NCBI RefSeq assembly: GCF_006345805.1
Contig: NC_043014.1
Location: forward strand, 32,302,001-32,366,000
Direction: 5' to 3'
From: Octopus sinensis
Lineage: Eukaryota
Length of the DNA: 64,000 nt
Of this stretch, positions 36,830 to 51,654 are shown in pieces. A model generated the notes under the pieces. That model searched no databases. It saw only the letters and a program-made list of their open reading frames with translations, and was not told the origin of the DNA. The position numbers and the translations under genes are program-made. How positions within the stretch are numbered: the first letter of the stretch is position 1; each line of letters opens with the position of its first letter.

Positions 36830-37400
36830 CTCGTTCTTCATTCCCCTTTGATAAATTTAGCTTTGGCAATGAAGAACTGGTTAATATCAGACAGTATCCA
36901 ATTGTCATTGGGTGTTTCAACCCTGAAACATAACACCCCATCTACTAGTAGATCAGCAGAGGTGGCCAAATCCCTGATCATTATTTCCTCCTGGATCCCG
37001 CTTAACATATAATTCTTGTTCCATAACCAACAAGAGGTTCTTTCTGTCATCTCTCCCATCTTGCAGAAAGCTACATTTTACTCTTTTTCTTTTATTTCGA
37101 TGGCTGCAAGCATTTTACAAAGTAACCAGTTAGAGAATCCCCTACAGCCAACCTCAATCAGAAATAGCCATGTCTACCACCCCTTCTCCCTGCAATCCTG
37201 CAAAAGACTTTGGTACTTGGCATGCTTTTATTCAAAGGCTTGATCACATCGTTCTTCTCACAGGACTGTAAACTTGATCAAAATTATTTTCTTTGCCTTT
37301 TAAGACCAGAAAAATTACATCTGACTTTAGGCATGTTTGGATGACCTGGAGACACTACGATCTTTCCCCAAGTCTGCTCTCTTATCTCATGCTCTCCCCA
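36830..37400 (-). mobile_element. Apurinic endonuclease domain fragment of an RTE-like LINE
   Basis: Frameshifted motifs QVYSP, GRHG, PGG and SDINQFFIAKAKF (versus SDHxxL) appear in the expected order. Confidence 0.55.
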
Positions 37401-37442
37401 ACCCTTAATAATGCCACTCCCACTCAAGTCTATACCATCCTA

Positions 37443-37780
37443 CTACATTTGGATACATCACTGTCCCTCTGTATTTGAATACATCATTGTCCCTCTATAT
37501 TTAGATACATCACTCTCCCTCTATATTTGGATACATCACTGTCCTTCTACATTTAGATACATCACTGTCCCTATATTTTTGGATACATTAGTGACCCTCT
37601 ATATTTAGATGCATCACTGTCCCGCTATATTTGAATACATTATTGTCCCTCTATATTTGGATACATTAGTGTCCCTCTATATTTAGATACATCACAATCC
37701 TTCTATATTTGGATACACCACCGTCCTGTTATATATGGACATAACCCTGTCGTCTTATATTTAGATACAATACTGTCCAC
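37443..37780. repeat. 26-bp minisatellite TATTTGGATACATCACTGTCCCTCTA, ~13 units
   Basis: Direct; no unique spacers between units. Confidence 0.92.
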
Positions 37781-37987
37781 TTTTCTTCTGTGTTATTACC
37801 TTTGTTATAGAATACGTATTTACTTACAAGCACACACAGACTCACACATTCTTTCTCTGTCTATCACTCTCTCTCTCCCTCTCTCTTTGTTTCTTACAAA
37901 CACACACATGCACATGCCTACACAAACAGTCTTTTTCTTTCTCTCAAACTATCTATCCATCTATCTGTCTATTTATCTATCTGTCTA

Positions 37988-38025
<38 letters not shown>

Positions 38026-38609
38026 AAATATGTTCATATTATTTTGGTCTAACTCTCTAATAAACAAACATACATCCTTTTTCTCTCTCTCTCTCTCACT
38101 CTGACCAATACACACTCCCTCTCCACTCTCTTTCACATTCACACATAGTTCCTCTTTCAACCCCACCTCTTCACTAATCAAATACATTCCCTTATATAAT
38201 ATATTCATTATCACCAACACTACTGCCACCACAGACATCATCATCATCACCCTCATCAAGACATTTATTAAAAACATCTACACAGCAAAAACAACAACTG
38301 TATGACAAAATAGCCATATATTTTACAATGTCCACCATGTTTATACTGGTTATTTCCATCTACCATCCATTCTTGAAATTCCTGTATCAAACCTAATTTA
38401 CTTCAATTAATTAATTAATCCAATATCTAAATATGATGTCAATCTTTTACAATGAAATATCAATTTACAAGCCCTTATCAGATAGGGACAACAACGAGGC
38501 TTCTCTACATGCTAACTCACCCCATAAGAAACAATCAAATCTCCCTCAATCGTACCCCCTACTGTCTTACGAAAGATATTACATACAGGACAATGTAGTT
38601 CTTATTTAT

Positions 38610-38902
38610 ATACGTTCCCTCCAGAGCAATGGACCCGTTAGTTTCTTATTTTACTTGGTTGGACCCTAATAGCCATTTGATACTCTCTTTTACTCTTTTA
38701 CTTGTTTAAGTCATGTGACAGTGGCCATGCTGGAACACCGCTTTTAGTCGAGCAAATCGACCCCAGGACTTATTCTTTGGAAGCCTAGTACTTATTCTAT
38801 CAGTCTCTTTTGCTGAACCGCTAAGTTACGGGTTGTAAGCATACCAGTATCGGTTGTCAAGTGATGTTGAGGGACAAACATATACACACACATACATATA
38901 TG

Positions 38903-38939
<37 letters not shown>

Positions 38940-39280
38940 CAGGTTTCTTTTCAGTTTCGATCTACCAAATCCACTCACAAGGCTTTGGTCAGCCTGAGGT
39001 TATAGTAGAAGACACTTGCCCAAGGTGCCACGCAGTGGGACTGAACCTGGAACAATGTGGTTCATAAGCAAGCTATTTACCACACAGCCACTCCTACGTT
39101 TAAAATATTAATGTTTAAAATATCATATTTTTTTATAATTAAATATTGTTAGGGAACTGTATTAGAAAATTGTAAAAATATTTTGTGTATTATAGAAGAA
39201 TAACCAATTAATTGCACATAGATTTTAACAACAGAATTTTAACAAGGATCATAAGGACCTTAACTAAAAATCCTTACTCA
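38610..39280. mobile_element. Second copy of the hAT MITE family, also split by SINE A
   Basis: ttttacttggttggaccctaatagccatttgat | SINE | ..ttttataattaaatattgttaggga..tattttgtgtattatagaagaataaccaatt matches 14947-15646. Confidence 0.68.
38678..39097 (-). mobile_element. SINE family A, full length
   Basis: Homologous to 6664-7073. Confidence 0.93.
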
Positions 39281-39675
39281 TGAGCAGAGGGTATCAACAG
39301 CTTTTCTCACTTTACACTGAGCTGCCTTTTCTGCTTCTCTTCATTTAAATTCCATTTTTCTTGCAGTTTCCTTTCAAATTCTGCAAATTTTGCTGTACTA
39401 CATCGTATGTTTCCCTGAGAAAAGGCCTTCTTCTGCCAAGCCTTGTTGGTTTTGAATTGGTATTGATGCTTTTGTAACTCTGTTTTTTTTCTCTATGTAG
39501 GTGTACAGGTCTTACATGTAGGTGTATATGTGAAGGTGCATGGCTCAGGAGGTTTAAATCAGTGACAGAAAGCATCAGCTGAATGAATGACATTATACTT
39601 TACATCATACACTGAGTACTTTTTGTTCATTATAAACAATGTGTATGTATAACAAATAATATACAGATGTCCATA

Positions 39676-39740
<65 letters not shown>

Positions 39741-39802
39741 GTCTGTCTGTCTGTCTATTATCTATTTATATGTGTGTGTGTGTGTGTGAGTGTGTATATA
39801 TA

Positions 39803-39835
<33 letters not shown>

Positions 39836-40739
39836 ATGTGATTGAGAGAGAGAGAGAGAGAGTGTATGCGTGTGTGTGTGTGTAGGGGTGTATGACATTA
39901 GATACATGGATATTGGGTATGATATTCCCACTAATTTACAAATCAAGCATAATCTATCATAATAGAACTCAATAGATAATAGACAAAATTAGGATATTTA
40001 GCTTAACATGTCATGATAAATATAAAACAGAATTAAACATCTGAAAAATTGCATAATGCTTGTAGAAAATATTAATGCATGTGTGTGTATGTGTATGGTT
40101 ATGTTTGAGATAGACAGAGATTGCATCTCGAGATATGGTTTTGTTCAATCAGCCTACAGAAACACAAGATACAAAATTACTGTAAATAGTGTAAACACTG
40201 CTTTCTGCCATGCATCAGGGAGCTGCTTTGAAGTTTCTGAGGATGAATTTGGCATGTGTTTACATGTTGAGACTATTTGGCTTCTTTTTAAGAAAAATAA
40301 GTGGAGAAAGGTGAATTACGTTGAGATTTTCTTAAGACATAAATGGTAGTACTTTGATTTCTGAGCATTATCCGATATTACATGGTAGAGGCTGGTGACC
40401 TCAATTTTCTCTCAGTTTGTAAATATTCTTTGAAAATACCATGACGCTCCTTCAGTGATGATGATGCAATGAGGTTTTGTACTTGTACAAGCAACTTTGA
40501 AGATACATTGTATAATAACTATGCACTTGGTTGAAGTGTTTCTGATTGAGACATCATCACATTATACAATTATTTCCTTAAGACATTATTTGCCTGCTAC
40601 AGACAATATAATACTTTATATTTTGGTAATTGTACTTCAGTTCTTTTCATAACATGCATGTTTGCAATAACTTGGTATTGTGATCGTTTATATTTTACTA
40701 GACATGATTTTACAGCAGCTATACCTCACTCTTACATTG

Positions 40740-41043
40740 TGTGGAGGCACATGACCTAGTGGTTAGAGCAGTGGACTCACAGTCGAGGGATCATGGGTTC
40801 AAATCTCAGACCGGACGATGTGTGTGTTTATGAGCGAAACACCTAAGCTCCACGTGGCTCTGGCAGAAGGTAATGGGGAACTTCTGCTGACTCTTTTGCC
40901 ACAACTTGCTCTCTCTAATTCCTCCTGCATCTTGCAGTTCACTTGCGATGGACTGGCATCCCATCCAGGTGGGGAACCTATACGCCAAGGAAAACGGGAA
41001 GCCGGCCCTTATGAGCCAGGCATGGCTTGAGAAGGAACAAACA
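40740..41043 (+). mobile_element. SINE family C, tail type 1, 12-bp TSD
   Basis: TSD actcttacattg at 40728-40739 and 41044-41055; tRNA-like A/B boxes. Confidence 0.93.
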
Positions 41044-42328
41044 ACTCTTACATTGGTTTTGTTGAACAGCTAGTGGAAATTGTGGGTGTTTAAAAGATGC
41101 TTTCTGGGACAAAATATTTTGTCACTCAAGTTTTAACAGTCATACTTCATTTAACCGCATGCTGAAACTTATTGGTCCACATTTATGAATGCTCATTGCG
41201 TTGTGCTTCAACAGCTCACAGGAATTTTATGTGCTTGGTTTCTAACACACTAGAACACACATAGACAACCGAAAGACTAATCAATGAAGAATATGGCTTA
41301 GGATCATAATCCCTGTTTACCTGGCAGAAATATAAACACACCTCAAATTTTATGCACTTCTAACACAGAGTGTTATTGAGCACTTTTAAGTCTAAGACCT
41401 GCAAACTAAACAAAAATTATACATATACATACATACATACATATATATATATATATACACACACACACATGCTCATATATATATACATCTATCTATATAC
41501 ATACATGCATTCATTTATTTATCTATCTATCTATCTATCTATCTATTTATCTATCTATCTGTCTATCTATCCATCTGTACACACACACACTCTCTCTTTC
41601 TCTCTCTCACATGCACATATATTTAAATATATATGTATGTGTATATACATACATGTATTTACATAAAAATACTAATATATACACAAAAGCACTCACCCTC
41701 CCCATGTGTGTGTATGTATGTGGGTGGGTGTGCATGTGTGCGTGCATGCAGGTGTGTGTGTGTGTGTGTGTAGGAAAAAAAATAAAAGCAGGAATAAAAA
41801 GATAACAAAATTCTAAGACTAGAAGAATTGTTTTCAATTAGAACAGCTCTCCTCCCCACCAAACTACAAGCATAGATGGGTGTGGTGGAGATGAAGGAGA
41901 AGAAGAATAAAAAAAATTCACTTGAAGAAAAAGTAATGGGGTCAAGGAACAAACACAAATATTACAAACAAAAATTATACATAGAAGCTACTGGATTCGA
42001 AATATAACAATAATGGTATTTCATATAATGACAACAATAAAAACAACAAAAACAATAAGAACAACAACAATCATAGTTTCAAAGCAAAAGTCATTGTTAT
42101 CTTTACCATTATTTAAAAATTACTGGATATTTAAAAAATTCTGCATTCTTCTATTCCTGCTGCTCACGCAATTTTCATATAGTTATTTCCAGGATATATG
42201 ATGCACAGTTATAATAAGCACACACACACACACACATACACACACACGCACGCACACACACACATACACACACACACACACACCACACACACACTTAGAC
42301 TCTCACGTGCATGTACATGTACATTCAG

Positions 42329-42373
<45 letters not shown>

Positions 42374-42423
42374 CAAACACATACAACCCACATATGTGTT
42401 TGCATATCTATCTCTTTGTCTGC

Positions 42424-42791
42424 CAACCACATGGTTCCGGGTTCAGTCCTACTGCGTGGCACCTTGGGCAAGTGTCTTCTACTATAGCCTCGGGCCGACC
42501 AAAGCCTTGTGAGTGGATTTGGTAGACGGAAACTGAAAGAAGCCCGTCGTATATATGTATATATATGTATGCGTGTGTGTGTTTGTGTGTCTGTGTTTGT
42601 CCCCTAGCATTGCTTGACAACCGATGCTGGTGTGTTTATGTCCCCGTTACTTAGCGGTTCAGCAAAAGAGACCGATAGAATAAGTACTGGGCTTACAAAA
42701 GAATAAGTCCCGGGGTCGAGTTGCTCGACTAAAGGCGGTGCTCCAGCATGGCCGCAGTCAAATGTCTGAAACAAGTAAAAGAGTAAAAGAG
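42424..42791 (+). mobile_element. SINE family A, near consensus, first ~30 bp missing
   Basis: CpG-rich copy with a full tail. Confidence 0.93.
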
Positions 42792-42804
42792 TATATATAT
42801 ATTC

Positions 42805-42868
<64 letters not shown>

Positions 42869-43110
42869 TGCATGAATATGTATATATATATTCTCAAATG
42901 TATGATATATTTGTGAGAATATAAAATATATACATATATATATATGTGTATGCATGTATATATACACACACATATACACACACTCTCACATACATATACA
43001 TGTACATTTACACACATTTACACACACATATATACAAACACACATCACCCACATACATGTTTGCTTATATGTATATTTACTTGTTCATCTCTCTATCTCT
43101 CTATCTATCA

Positions 43111-43173
<63 letters not shown>

Positions 43174-43186
43174 CATCTATCTATCA

Positions 43187-43217
<31 letters not shown>

Positions 43218-43336
43218 TGTATGTATATATATTCTCAAGTGTATGATATATTTATGTGAATGTAAAATATATGCATATATATATATGTGATATGTATGAA
43301 TATATATAAGCATGTATATATATGTATGTGTGTGTG

Positions 43337-43388
<52 letters not shown>

Positions 43389-43930
43389 ATATATATATAT
43401 ATATATATACACAGACACACATATACGTGATTAATACAAACAAAAACTTTAGAAAACAAGCATTGAGATAATTTTTTTCTTTAAATTAACAAAATATAAT
43501 ATACAAACATAGAAAGAGCAGTAATAAATATACCACAACAGATAAGTAAATAAAAACGAACCAGAATCATATTTTAGAAAAATTTATTTTTAAATCCCAC
43601 TATCTCAACAACAAAAAAAAACATCAACAATAACAAGAAAAAACTGCAAAATAATGAAGGCAAGAATAAAAATAAATAATCATAAAAAATAAGCAAAAAT
43701 GAAATGAAGCAGTGTGAGGATGAAAAATTTATGAAATATATATATTTGTGCAAATATATATATATATGTGTGTGTGTGTGTTTGTATATATACATAAATA
43801 TATATAAACATACATATATATATGTATTGCTCTTTCTTTCTCTGTCTCTCTGTATATCTATATATTATATATATATATATACACATATATATACATGTAT
43901 AAATACGTATATGCATACATATCTCTCTCT

Positions 43931-43973
<43 letters not shown>

Positions 43974-43975
43974 GT
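42790..43975. repeat. (TA)/(CA)/(TATC)n field with AT-rich spacer
   Basis: Direct. Confidence 0.9.
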
Positions 43976-44071
43976 AAAAAATTAATGAGTGAGTGCATTA
44001 GATAAATAATATTTTCAAGATTAAATAAAATGACAGCAAACAGAAAATATGACATACCTATATATATCATT

Positions 44072-44423
44072 AAAAAAACGTGTAGTAAATAAACAAACAA
44101 ACATATACTAAAAACACAGGCCAACAAATTACAGAAGGTCACCAATTCTTCATCAGTTATTGGCCAGAGGGTCAAACACAAGTTCAGCCATTCTTGATAA
44201 TATTGCTTTCACTCTGAAGGCACTGACAAGAAACTTGCCAGGAATTGGACCAAAACACAACAAAATGAGACACGCCCAGAGTGGAAGCAATATTATCAAT
44301 AATGGCTGAAATTGCATTTGACCCTCTGTCTCATACTGATGAAGATTTGGTGACCTTCTGTATTTTCAGTTCACCTGTGTATTTAGTATATGTTTGTCTG
44401 TTTATTTACTACATGTCTTTTTT
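44072..44423. repeat. Inverted repeat, ~145-bp arms and 60-bp spacer, embedded in (TA)n
   Basis: 44072-44216 is the reverse complement of 44277-44423, roughly 85% identical by eye. Confidence 0.9.
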
Positions 44424-44498
44424 ATATATATATATTCATATATATATATTTTTAGTTTCAGCTCAGAGCTGCGGCCATGCTGATGCACCGCTGTTATA

Positions 44499-44536
<38 letters not shown>

Positions 44537-44705
44537 CTATATATATATATGAATACACACACTCACACACATACACACATAAACATATACTTACGCACAC
44601 ACATATACATATAAGCATGTATGCATGCATATACACACACACATAAATAATATATATATATATGTATATATATATAGTATATATATACATGTATATGTAT
44701 GTATG

Positions 44706-44736
<31 letters not shown>

Positions 44737-44901
44737 GAGAAAGAGAGAGAGAGCAGAGGGAGTGTATTATTATTTTCTTGGTATAAAGACAAAACAATGA
44801 AATGTTAAATCAACGATAACAAGAAAGAAATTTGTGAATGTACATTGACCATTATACTCAACCACAGTTATCAATAAAAATATAATAGAATAAACTTTAC
44901 T

Positions 44902-44947
<46 letters not shown>

Positions 44948-45039
44948 CTACACTCTGCAATATCATATATATTATCATTGTCATTGTTGTTGTTGTTCAT
45001 TATTTGCATTATTTTTATTTGATGAATATTTATTCTTAC

Positions 45040-45778
45040 CCTGAGAGAAATGTTGGTCATAATAAGCATCGGATGTGGTGTGCAGGAGAGACTTTTGCGT
45101 CAGTATGGTCATGTACTATGGATGGATGAGGAGACATGTATGAAGTGGTGCCACTCCCAAACAGTTGAAGGAATACGGGGAAGAGGTAGACCCAGGAAGA
45201 CATGGGATGAGGTGGTCAAGCATGACCTTCGAACATTGGGCCTCACAGAGGCAATGACAAACGACTGAGACCTCTGGAGATATGCTGTGATTGTGAAGAC
45301 CCAACAATTGAAGTGAGTTCGTGGCTTGTAGGATGGCTTGCTGTGCTTACCTTGGATTGTTGGGTGACCTGCTGTGTTTGAAGAGACCTATTGCGTCAAA
45401 TTCATCAATATCAAAATAAAAATCAAATGGAAATTGTAGTTGTGATACCCATGCCATTGGCAAGTAAAAAGCACCATCTGAACGTGGCCGATGCCAGTGC
45501 CGCCTTGACTGGCATCAGTGCTGGTGGCATATAAAAAGCACCAACTGATCATGGACATTGCCAGCCTCCTCTGGCCCCTGTGCCGGTGGCACGTAAAAAG
45601 CACCCACTACACTCACAGAGTGGTTGGTATTAGGAAGGCATCCTGCTGTAGAAACACTACCAGTTCAGACGGGAGCCTGGTGCAGTCTCCTGGCTTCCCA
45701 GACCCCGGTCAAATCGTCCAACCCATGCTAGCATGGAAAGCGGACGTTAAACGATGATGATGATAATGATATACATAT
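45040..45778 (+). mobile_element. RTE LINE 3' end: ORF2 C-terminus, 3' UTR and (GAT)n tail
   Basis: VQERLLRQYGHVLWMDEE..VEGIRGRGRPRKTWDEVVKHDLRTLGLTEAMTND*DLWRYAV; the UTR contains the ~26-bp seed repeats. Confidence 0.92.
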
Positions 45779-46564
45779 ACATATGTTTATATAAGATATA
45801 TATATATACATACATATACGCATATATGCATACATACATACATGCATACATGCCTATATATATATATATATACATAAACATAGACACATAGACACACGCA
45901 CACACACACATGTACATATACTGTACAAACCATATTCATGCTATCCATCACTCTCACTCACATTTCTCCCTGATCCATCAATCATTGTTGACATCAATCA
46001 CTCTTTTTTTTCTTCCTTTATTAATTACACTGCTTGCACTATTTTTATTCAGCCTCCTTATGAACAATCCTCATCTAGCTGTCTACTACTGTTTCTCTTT
46101 TATTTCTCTCTTCTCTGCAAACCACTTTCACTAGTTCGCTTTGCCTGTGGTAGACGTGCAGGAATAGTTAGTTAGCAGTCAAAGTTACCAGTAAAATAAT
46201 TTTCTTCAAATGCCTTGAAAGCTCTACGCTTATATGTAAGTATGTCATTATTCAGTTTATGTATGTATGTATGAATGTATGTATGTATGTATGTATGTAT
46301 GTATGTACGTATGTATGTATGTATGTATATATGCATGTATGTATGTATGCATATATGAATGTATGTATGCATATATGAATGTATTATGTGGCTATGTACA
46401 TATGTGTGTATGTATGTATGCATGTATGTATATATGTATGTATGTATGCATGCATGTATGTATGTGTGTATGTACATATGTGTGTATGTACATATGTGTT
46501 TATGTATGTATGTATGTATGCATGTTTATAAAAAAATTATTATTTAGATACCCTAATCAGCTAT

Positions 46565-46930
46565 GAAACAGGGCATTCTGAAAGCAAAATAACTAGAATT
46601 AGGGCAGGATAGAAAAACGTCAGAGAGCTGTAACTTCTCATGGTGACAAAAAGATTCTCTGAGTGTAAAGCAGGTTAATAATCCTTATGTGTAAACTGTA
46701 ATACTGCATGGTAGTGAAACATTGACAATGAATACAAAGGAAATGGAGAGAATGGAAAAAATCAACGAGCATTATTCACTGAGTACATTAAGTTTGTGTG
46801 CTTCAGGGCACACATGAGCTGAGAGAAAAACCACATAGAAGAAGAGATCAATAATAAATGTGCAAATGAGACGACTATGTAGATACGGATATGTAAAGAG
46901 TATGGTTGATGTCAGATGGGTGATCAAGAA
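46565..46930 (+). mobile_element. RTE LINE ORF2 fragment (thumb region), decayed
   Basis: RIRAG*K..VKG..CV.TVILHGSETLTMN..ELREK..VQMRRLC*YG(H)V. Confidence 0.75.
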
Positions 46931-47219
46931 GTGGTAGAAGAGCAATCTGGAAAGAACCCATGGAAGGGAAAAAAATCAGGAAAGATATGGGCAGCAATGG
47001 GGAAAACTGATCTCAGAAATGAGAGGACAAAGCAATCTGGCAAGTGTGAGAATGCCCATGTTAGAGAGAACCTGCCCAACCCATGAAAGCATAAAAAAAT
47101 TAACAAAAGAATAATGAGGATAAAGATGATTTCACACACACATATGTCTATTTATCCATCCATCCATCCATCTATATGTACGTATGTCATTATTCAGTTT
47201 ATGTATGTATGTATATATG

Positions 47220-47545
47220 CCTGATCGCGCGGTTAAGTATCCGATCGTGTGATTAAACCATTGGGAGTAAGGACTCCTAGCCTTTGTTAGGGCATCCTTC
47301 TAGGAGAAGATAACTCGGGTAACTGGGATAACTCCGACATAAAACCTGCAGCTCAGTGGTTACCGATGATGTTGACTTGTTCTTCTTTTTGGATTATGGC
47401 TGCTGTTGCTTAGTGAATGGGATTGACTCAGTGCACAGCCTTTCCTCACTTTAAAAAAAATCTTCTTGCACAGGCATTGCACGATAACAACATTGATTAA
47501 GCTTCGCACAATGGCCATACTCGATAACGAGGGGGCAGCCACCAT
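47220..47545. mobile_element. GC/CpG-rich repeat fragment, probably a LINE 5' UTR
   Basis: Composition contrasts sharply with the flanking (GTAT)n; resembles RTE 5' regions as I recall them (ggagaag.taactc..aaacct). Confidence 0.4.
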
Positions 47546-47749
47546 GTATATATGCATGCATGTAAGTATGTGTGCATGTATGTATGTATGTATGTATGTA
47601 TGTATGTATGTATGTATGCATGTATGTATGTATGTATGCATGTATGTATGTATGCATGTTTATAAATAAATGCATATATGTATACACATACATGCAGATA
47701 GATATACATATATCCTTATACATGAATTTATATAGAGGTAAAACAGAAA

Positions 47750-48950
47750 TGGAGGTAAATTTATGCAAGGAAATACCTGACAAACCAATTGCATCATCAA
47801 ATCATCAGAGTTTGTACAATAAACGAAATATTAGCCTTGAAACAATTTATAGTTGCATTGTTTGTGATACAATTAGGCCAAACCTTCCATTCTCAAAGCC
47901 CATTAAAACTAACGTAGTAAAAACTTTCTTTGAAATTCTTAGAAAAGACTATTTCCTAAGAATTCTAAGAATTTCAAAATATTTAATAATTTTACAATAA
48001 AACTTCATATACATAAAACCGAATTAGTGCATAAGCAATAGTCCCAACCTGAATGATATAATTTATACTCCAACTCATAGGAATGACCACTCAGATATAG
48101 CAGTAAATAATTTTACAACTCAATCACATATCAGATATTCTACAAGTATAAAGAACTCTGAAAATAAAAATAGAGGCAAGAACTCCTACCTTCTTCAACA
48201 CAATACTAAAACTGTTAAGGTCTGAGAGTAACAAGCATTCCTTCAGTTATGGCGATGAGTGTTCCAGCTGATCCAAACAATGGAACAGCATGCTCATGAA
48301 ATTAATGTGCAAGTGGCTGAGTACTCCACAGATGCAAGTAACCATAACATAGTTCTCAGGGAGATTCAGTGCGACACAGAATGTGACAAGACTGGCCCTT
48401 TGAAATACAGGTATTACTAATTTTTGCCAGCTGTGTGGACTGGAGTGACGTGAAATAAAGTGTCTTGCTCAAAGACTCAGTGTGCTGCCAGATATCAAAC
48501 TCATCCACTTATAATCGTGAGTGGAGTACCCTAACCACTAAGCTATGTGACTTCACCATTTCATTAAAGGCAGAAATATGAAAACTAAAGACAGAAATAT
48601 TATCGTCAATACGATTAAAATTAAGCTCATCCCTTTAGGGAAGATAGTTTAGCCTCTATTAATATGTGCAACCACAAGAATAAAACTAGCAGAAACAGTA
48701 TTAAAAATGAGAGCACCAATAATGCTCACAGCCTCTTAACTCCAACAGCGACCTCAGGTCCAAACAATAATGCAACAATATAAAATCTTCAATCTCTTTT
48801 ATAGGCTTCAAATAAGTGATCCATTAAAATCCAGCTATAGAATAATTCAAAATTTCCTTTTAATGGAAATTGCTTGAGAAGCAATGTGGAGTATAAGTAC
48901 AATGTTGTCACCATTAGTGGCTGTAAATATTACATCAGTTAAATTCAAAT
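47750..48950 (+). mobile_element. Penelope-like RT-to-GIY-YIG linker fragments, interrupted by a SINE
   Basis: NLPFSKPIKTNVVKTFFEILRKDYFP..KIFNNFTIK, versus WFNPPFS..VKTNV.K.F..KIFN..T.K; later GNCLRSNVEYK. Confidence 0.68.
48232..48555 (-). mobile_element. SINE family D head with tail G
   Basis: Reverse complement of 55524-55846. Confidence 0.85.
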
Positions 48951-51654
48951 TTCGAAAAATAATTCACTGATACTAAAAAAAAAATAAAGCATTCAACATC
49001 TTTAGCAGAATACATCTGGTTTTTAAAGTAAAAGGTGACAGGATAGCATTTATATTAGAATGACATATCATAGGTACTGTCCCCAGTGTATAAAGGAAAC
49101 AGATGTAAGTGCAGATTATGTACTCTGGAGGCACTTGAAATACTACAGACAGATAAATAGGAAAAATCATGTTATAAAGGCATGCAACCACAAAAATCTG
49201 GAAACGTTTTAAGTTCTACCAGCCAAAGATTAAATTTAGTGGTAATATCCAGATTAGCAACTCATAATAAAACCTTACATTCTTTAGAATAGCTATTAAC
49301 TAGTCAAGCAGCAGCTCTCATGCCCTAAGAAAAATACGTTTCTAAAACCATCAGACTTACAATATTTACATATTCCACCATGTTGGTTTGTCTATTCTTT
49401 ATGTAATAGTATTGCACTGGCAATGCTAAATATATGAGGTCGTTTGCTTGTAAATTATAAATTATAAATTATATGAGGCAAAACATATTCCTTTATTTCT
49501 TTGTTTCAACCCAAAAAGTATGGCCATGTTGGGGCACCACCATTGGTTGGATATGTTGATATATATGCTTGTATGCATGCATGTATGTATGTGTGTGTGT
49601 GTGTCTGTGTGCGTGTGTGTATGTGTGTGTCACCAAGCAATATGTCAATATATTACTGGTTATTGTCTGTAACTATTTAACTGGTAAGAATGTTACCATT
49701 AGTTTCATGGCAAAATTTACCAGTAGGAAATATTGACAACACTTCAGACAACACATGCCAGATGAAAGAACATAGCATATTTAGTGTTGCATGGGTATAG
49801 ACTCAGAGTTGTTTTGATGGTTGCAAAAAGGTAGAATGAAACTCAGTGGAAAATATTTTTAGAATGAAAGACAGAATGAAGTAGAAAGGCAGAGTTATTC
49901 CCATACATTGATGTTGACCATAGGTGAAGTGTATAAGTTGTGTATATTACTTTTTAGTTCAAAAAGGAACATGAATACATCGCCAAAATGAATTTGTGCT
50001 CATAAGGGCAGTATTCAAAAATTTCGCTTTGTGAGTGCAAGAAAGCACCCAGATTGTGTGAATAATTCTCTTTAATAAGCAGAGTCCCCATATCCCCTAT
50101 TTCTATTAAGATATAGCCTAGACTATTCCAGTAACTTCCAGTTAAAATTATATGGTATTCCATTCTATCTTAATTGCAATATATAACTGGCTAAAGTTCT
50201 GCCATTACATATTTCCTGGATCTGTAAAGAGGATTTGTGATTATTTTGCCAGACATAATACGTTGGGAGCCTCAATTTTCCAAACATATTACACTTGGTG
50301 TGGATAATTTTTTTTCTGCTTTGAACATCACTGCTCCTGTGTTGCACTGATCATTTACTAGGCTCTCACTGTAAACCCAATATGAGCATTTTGTCTCTGT
50401 CCGTGGTTTAGGAGTATTAAATAACACACACACACATGCACACACACGCACACACACACACATTCATATTTAGTTTTATATCATTATACATAAAAACAGT
50501 TGAACATTAAACTGAAGGATTAATCAGTACTTTTTAGCCAAGTACATATTCATTAACTTTTACAAAGAAAAGGTTGACTGTAATATCTAAGTTCTTGCTC
50601 ACCTTCATCATATTGTGCTATATTTGGGTTCTTTGCTTTTGTTTTTTGTTGTTATTTTTTGCTTTATATAGCGTTTAGTAAGTTGTCTTACAACTGTGCC
50701 AAAGGAATTGCAACAATCAAAGACACTGAAATAGAAAAACTACTAATGAACAGGAATCTCTTCTGTTCCACAATAATGCACACAGTGTTAAGAAAAACGT
50801 TAAAGAACCATTAGATGTTGGCATGGAATCATAGAACTCAGCAGAAGTAAGCAATACCATCGGCCTATATGTATTATCAGCCCTAAACATAAACTTACCC
50901 TTTGTTTTAGGTAGTCTCTACAGAGATGATGGTTTTCCCATCCTAAGAAAATGTAACCCACAAAAAAACCAACAAATTTAGGAAAAAATTACATCTCTTC
51001 TTAAAAATCGTAGCATTCTCAATTACAGTACCCATACATCTTGAATCAGTTAACTTTCTTGACTGCACTCTAGACTTAGAAAATCCTGTATATACATGGG
51101 CAATCCAACACTTCCCAAAGTATACTTAAAACCTAGTCAAGGACACAGCAATAAAAAACTCTTCTTTAATTTTCACTGAATGAATATTCAATGAAATAGC
51201 AACTACATATAACAAAAACTTTATGACAACAGTTACAAGGGAAAAGTTTATTACATAAAAAATTCAACATCCACAATAAGCAAAGATACAGAAATTGAAA
51301 AGCGAAAATCATCTGGTTCAATCCCCTCCTCAACATATATATTTCCACACTAATATCCAGTTTATTTTTTTTTAATACCCGAAAAGTGCACCCATCCAAA
51401 ACACAAGTACCACAAACAAATAAACTAACTCAACATAAGAATATAATACACCATAGCTAATAACTTTGAAAAATTCATTGCCAATTATGTTCACCCAAAA
51501 CTTGGAAAATATGAAAACCAAAAGTACACGTATTAATTCAACAATGACACCCTTTTTGTCCTGCTCTTTAAACAGAAATTAGCTCACAAGCAACATTGTC
51601 TACTTCACAGCTGCAACTATGAACACTACAACCCCAGCCTCAGCCACATATATA

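Noticed and set aside
37443-37780. CRISPR-like regular repeat array (also 62030-62895)
   Set aside because: Units are contiguous with no unique spacers, there are no cas genes, and the context is eukaryotic; these are minisatellites.
38290-38600. PLE RT thumb-like peptide (ISIYKPLSD..SPH)
   Set aside because: Too decayed to separate from chance without a profile search.
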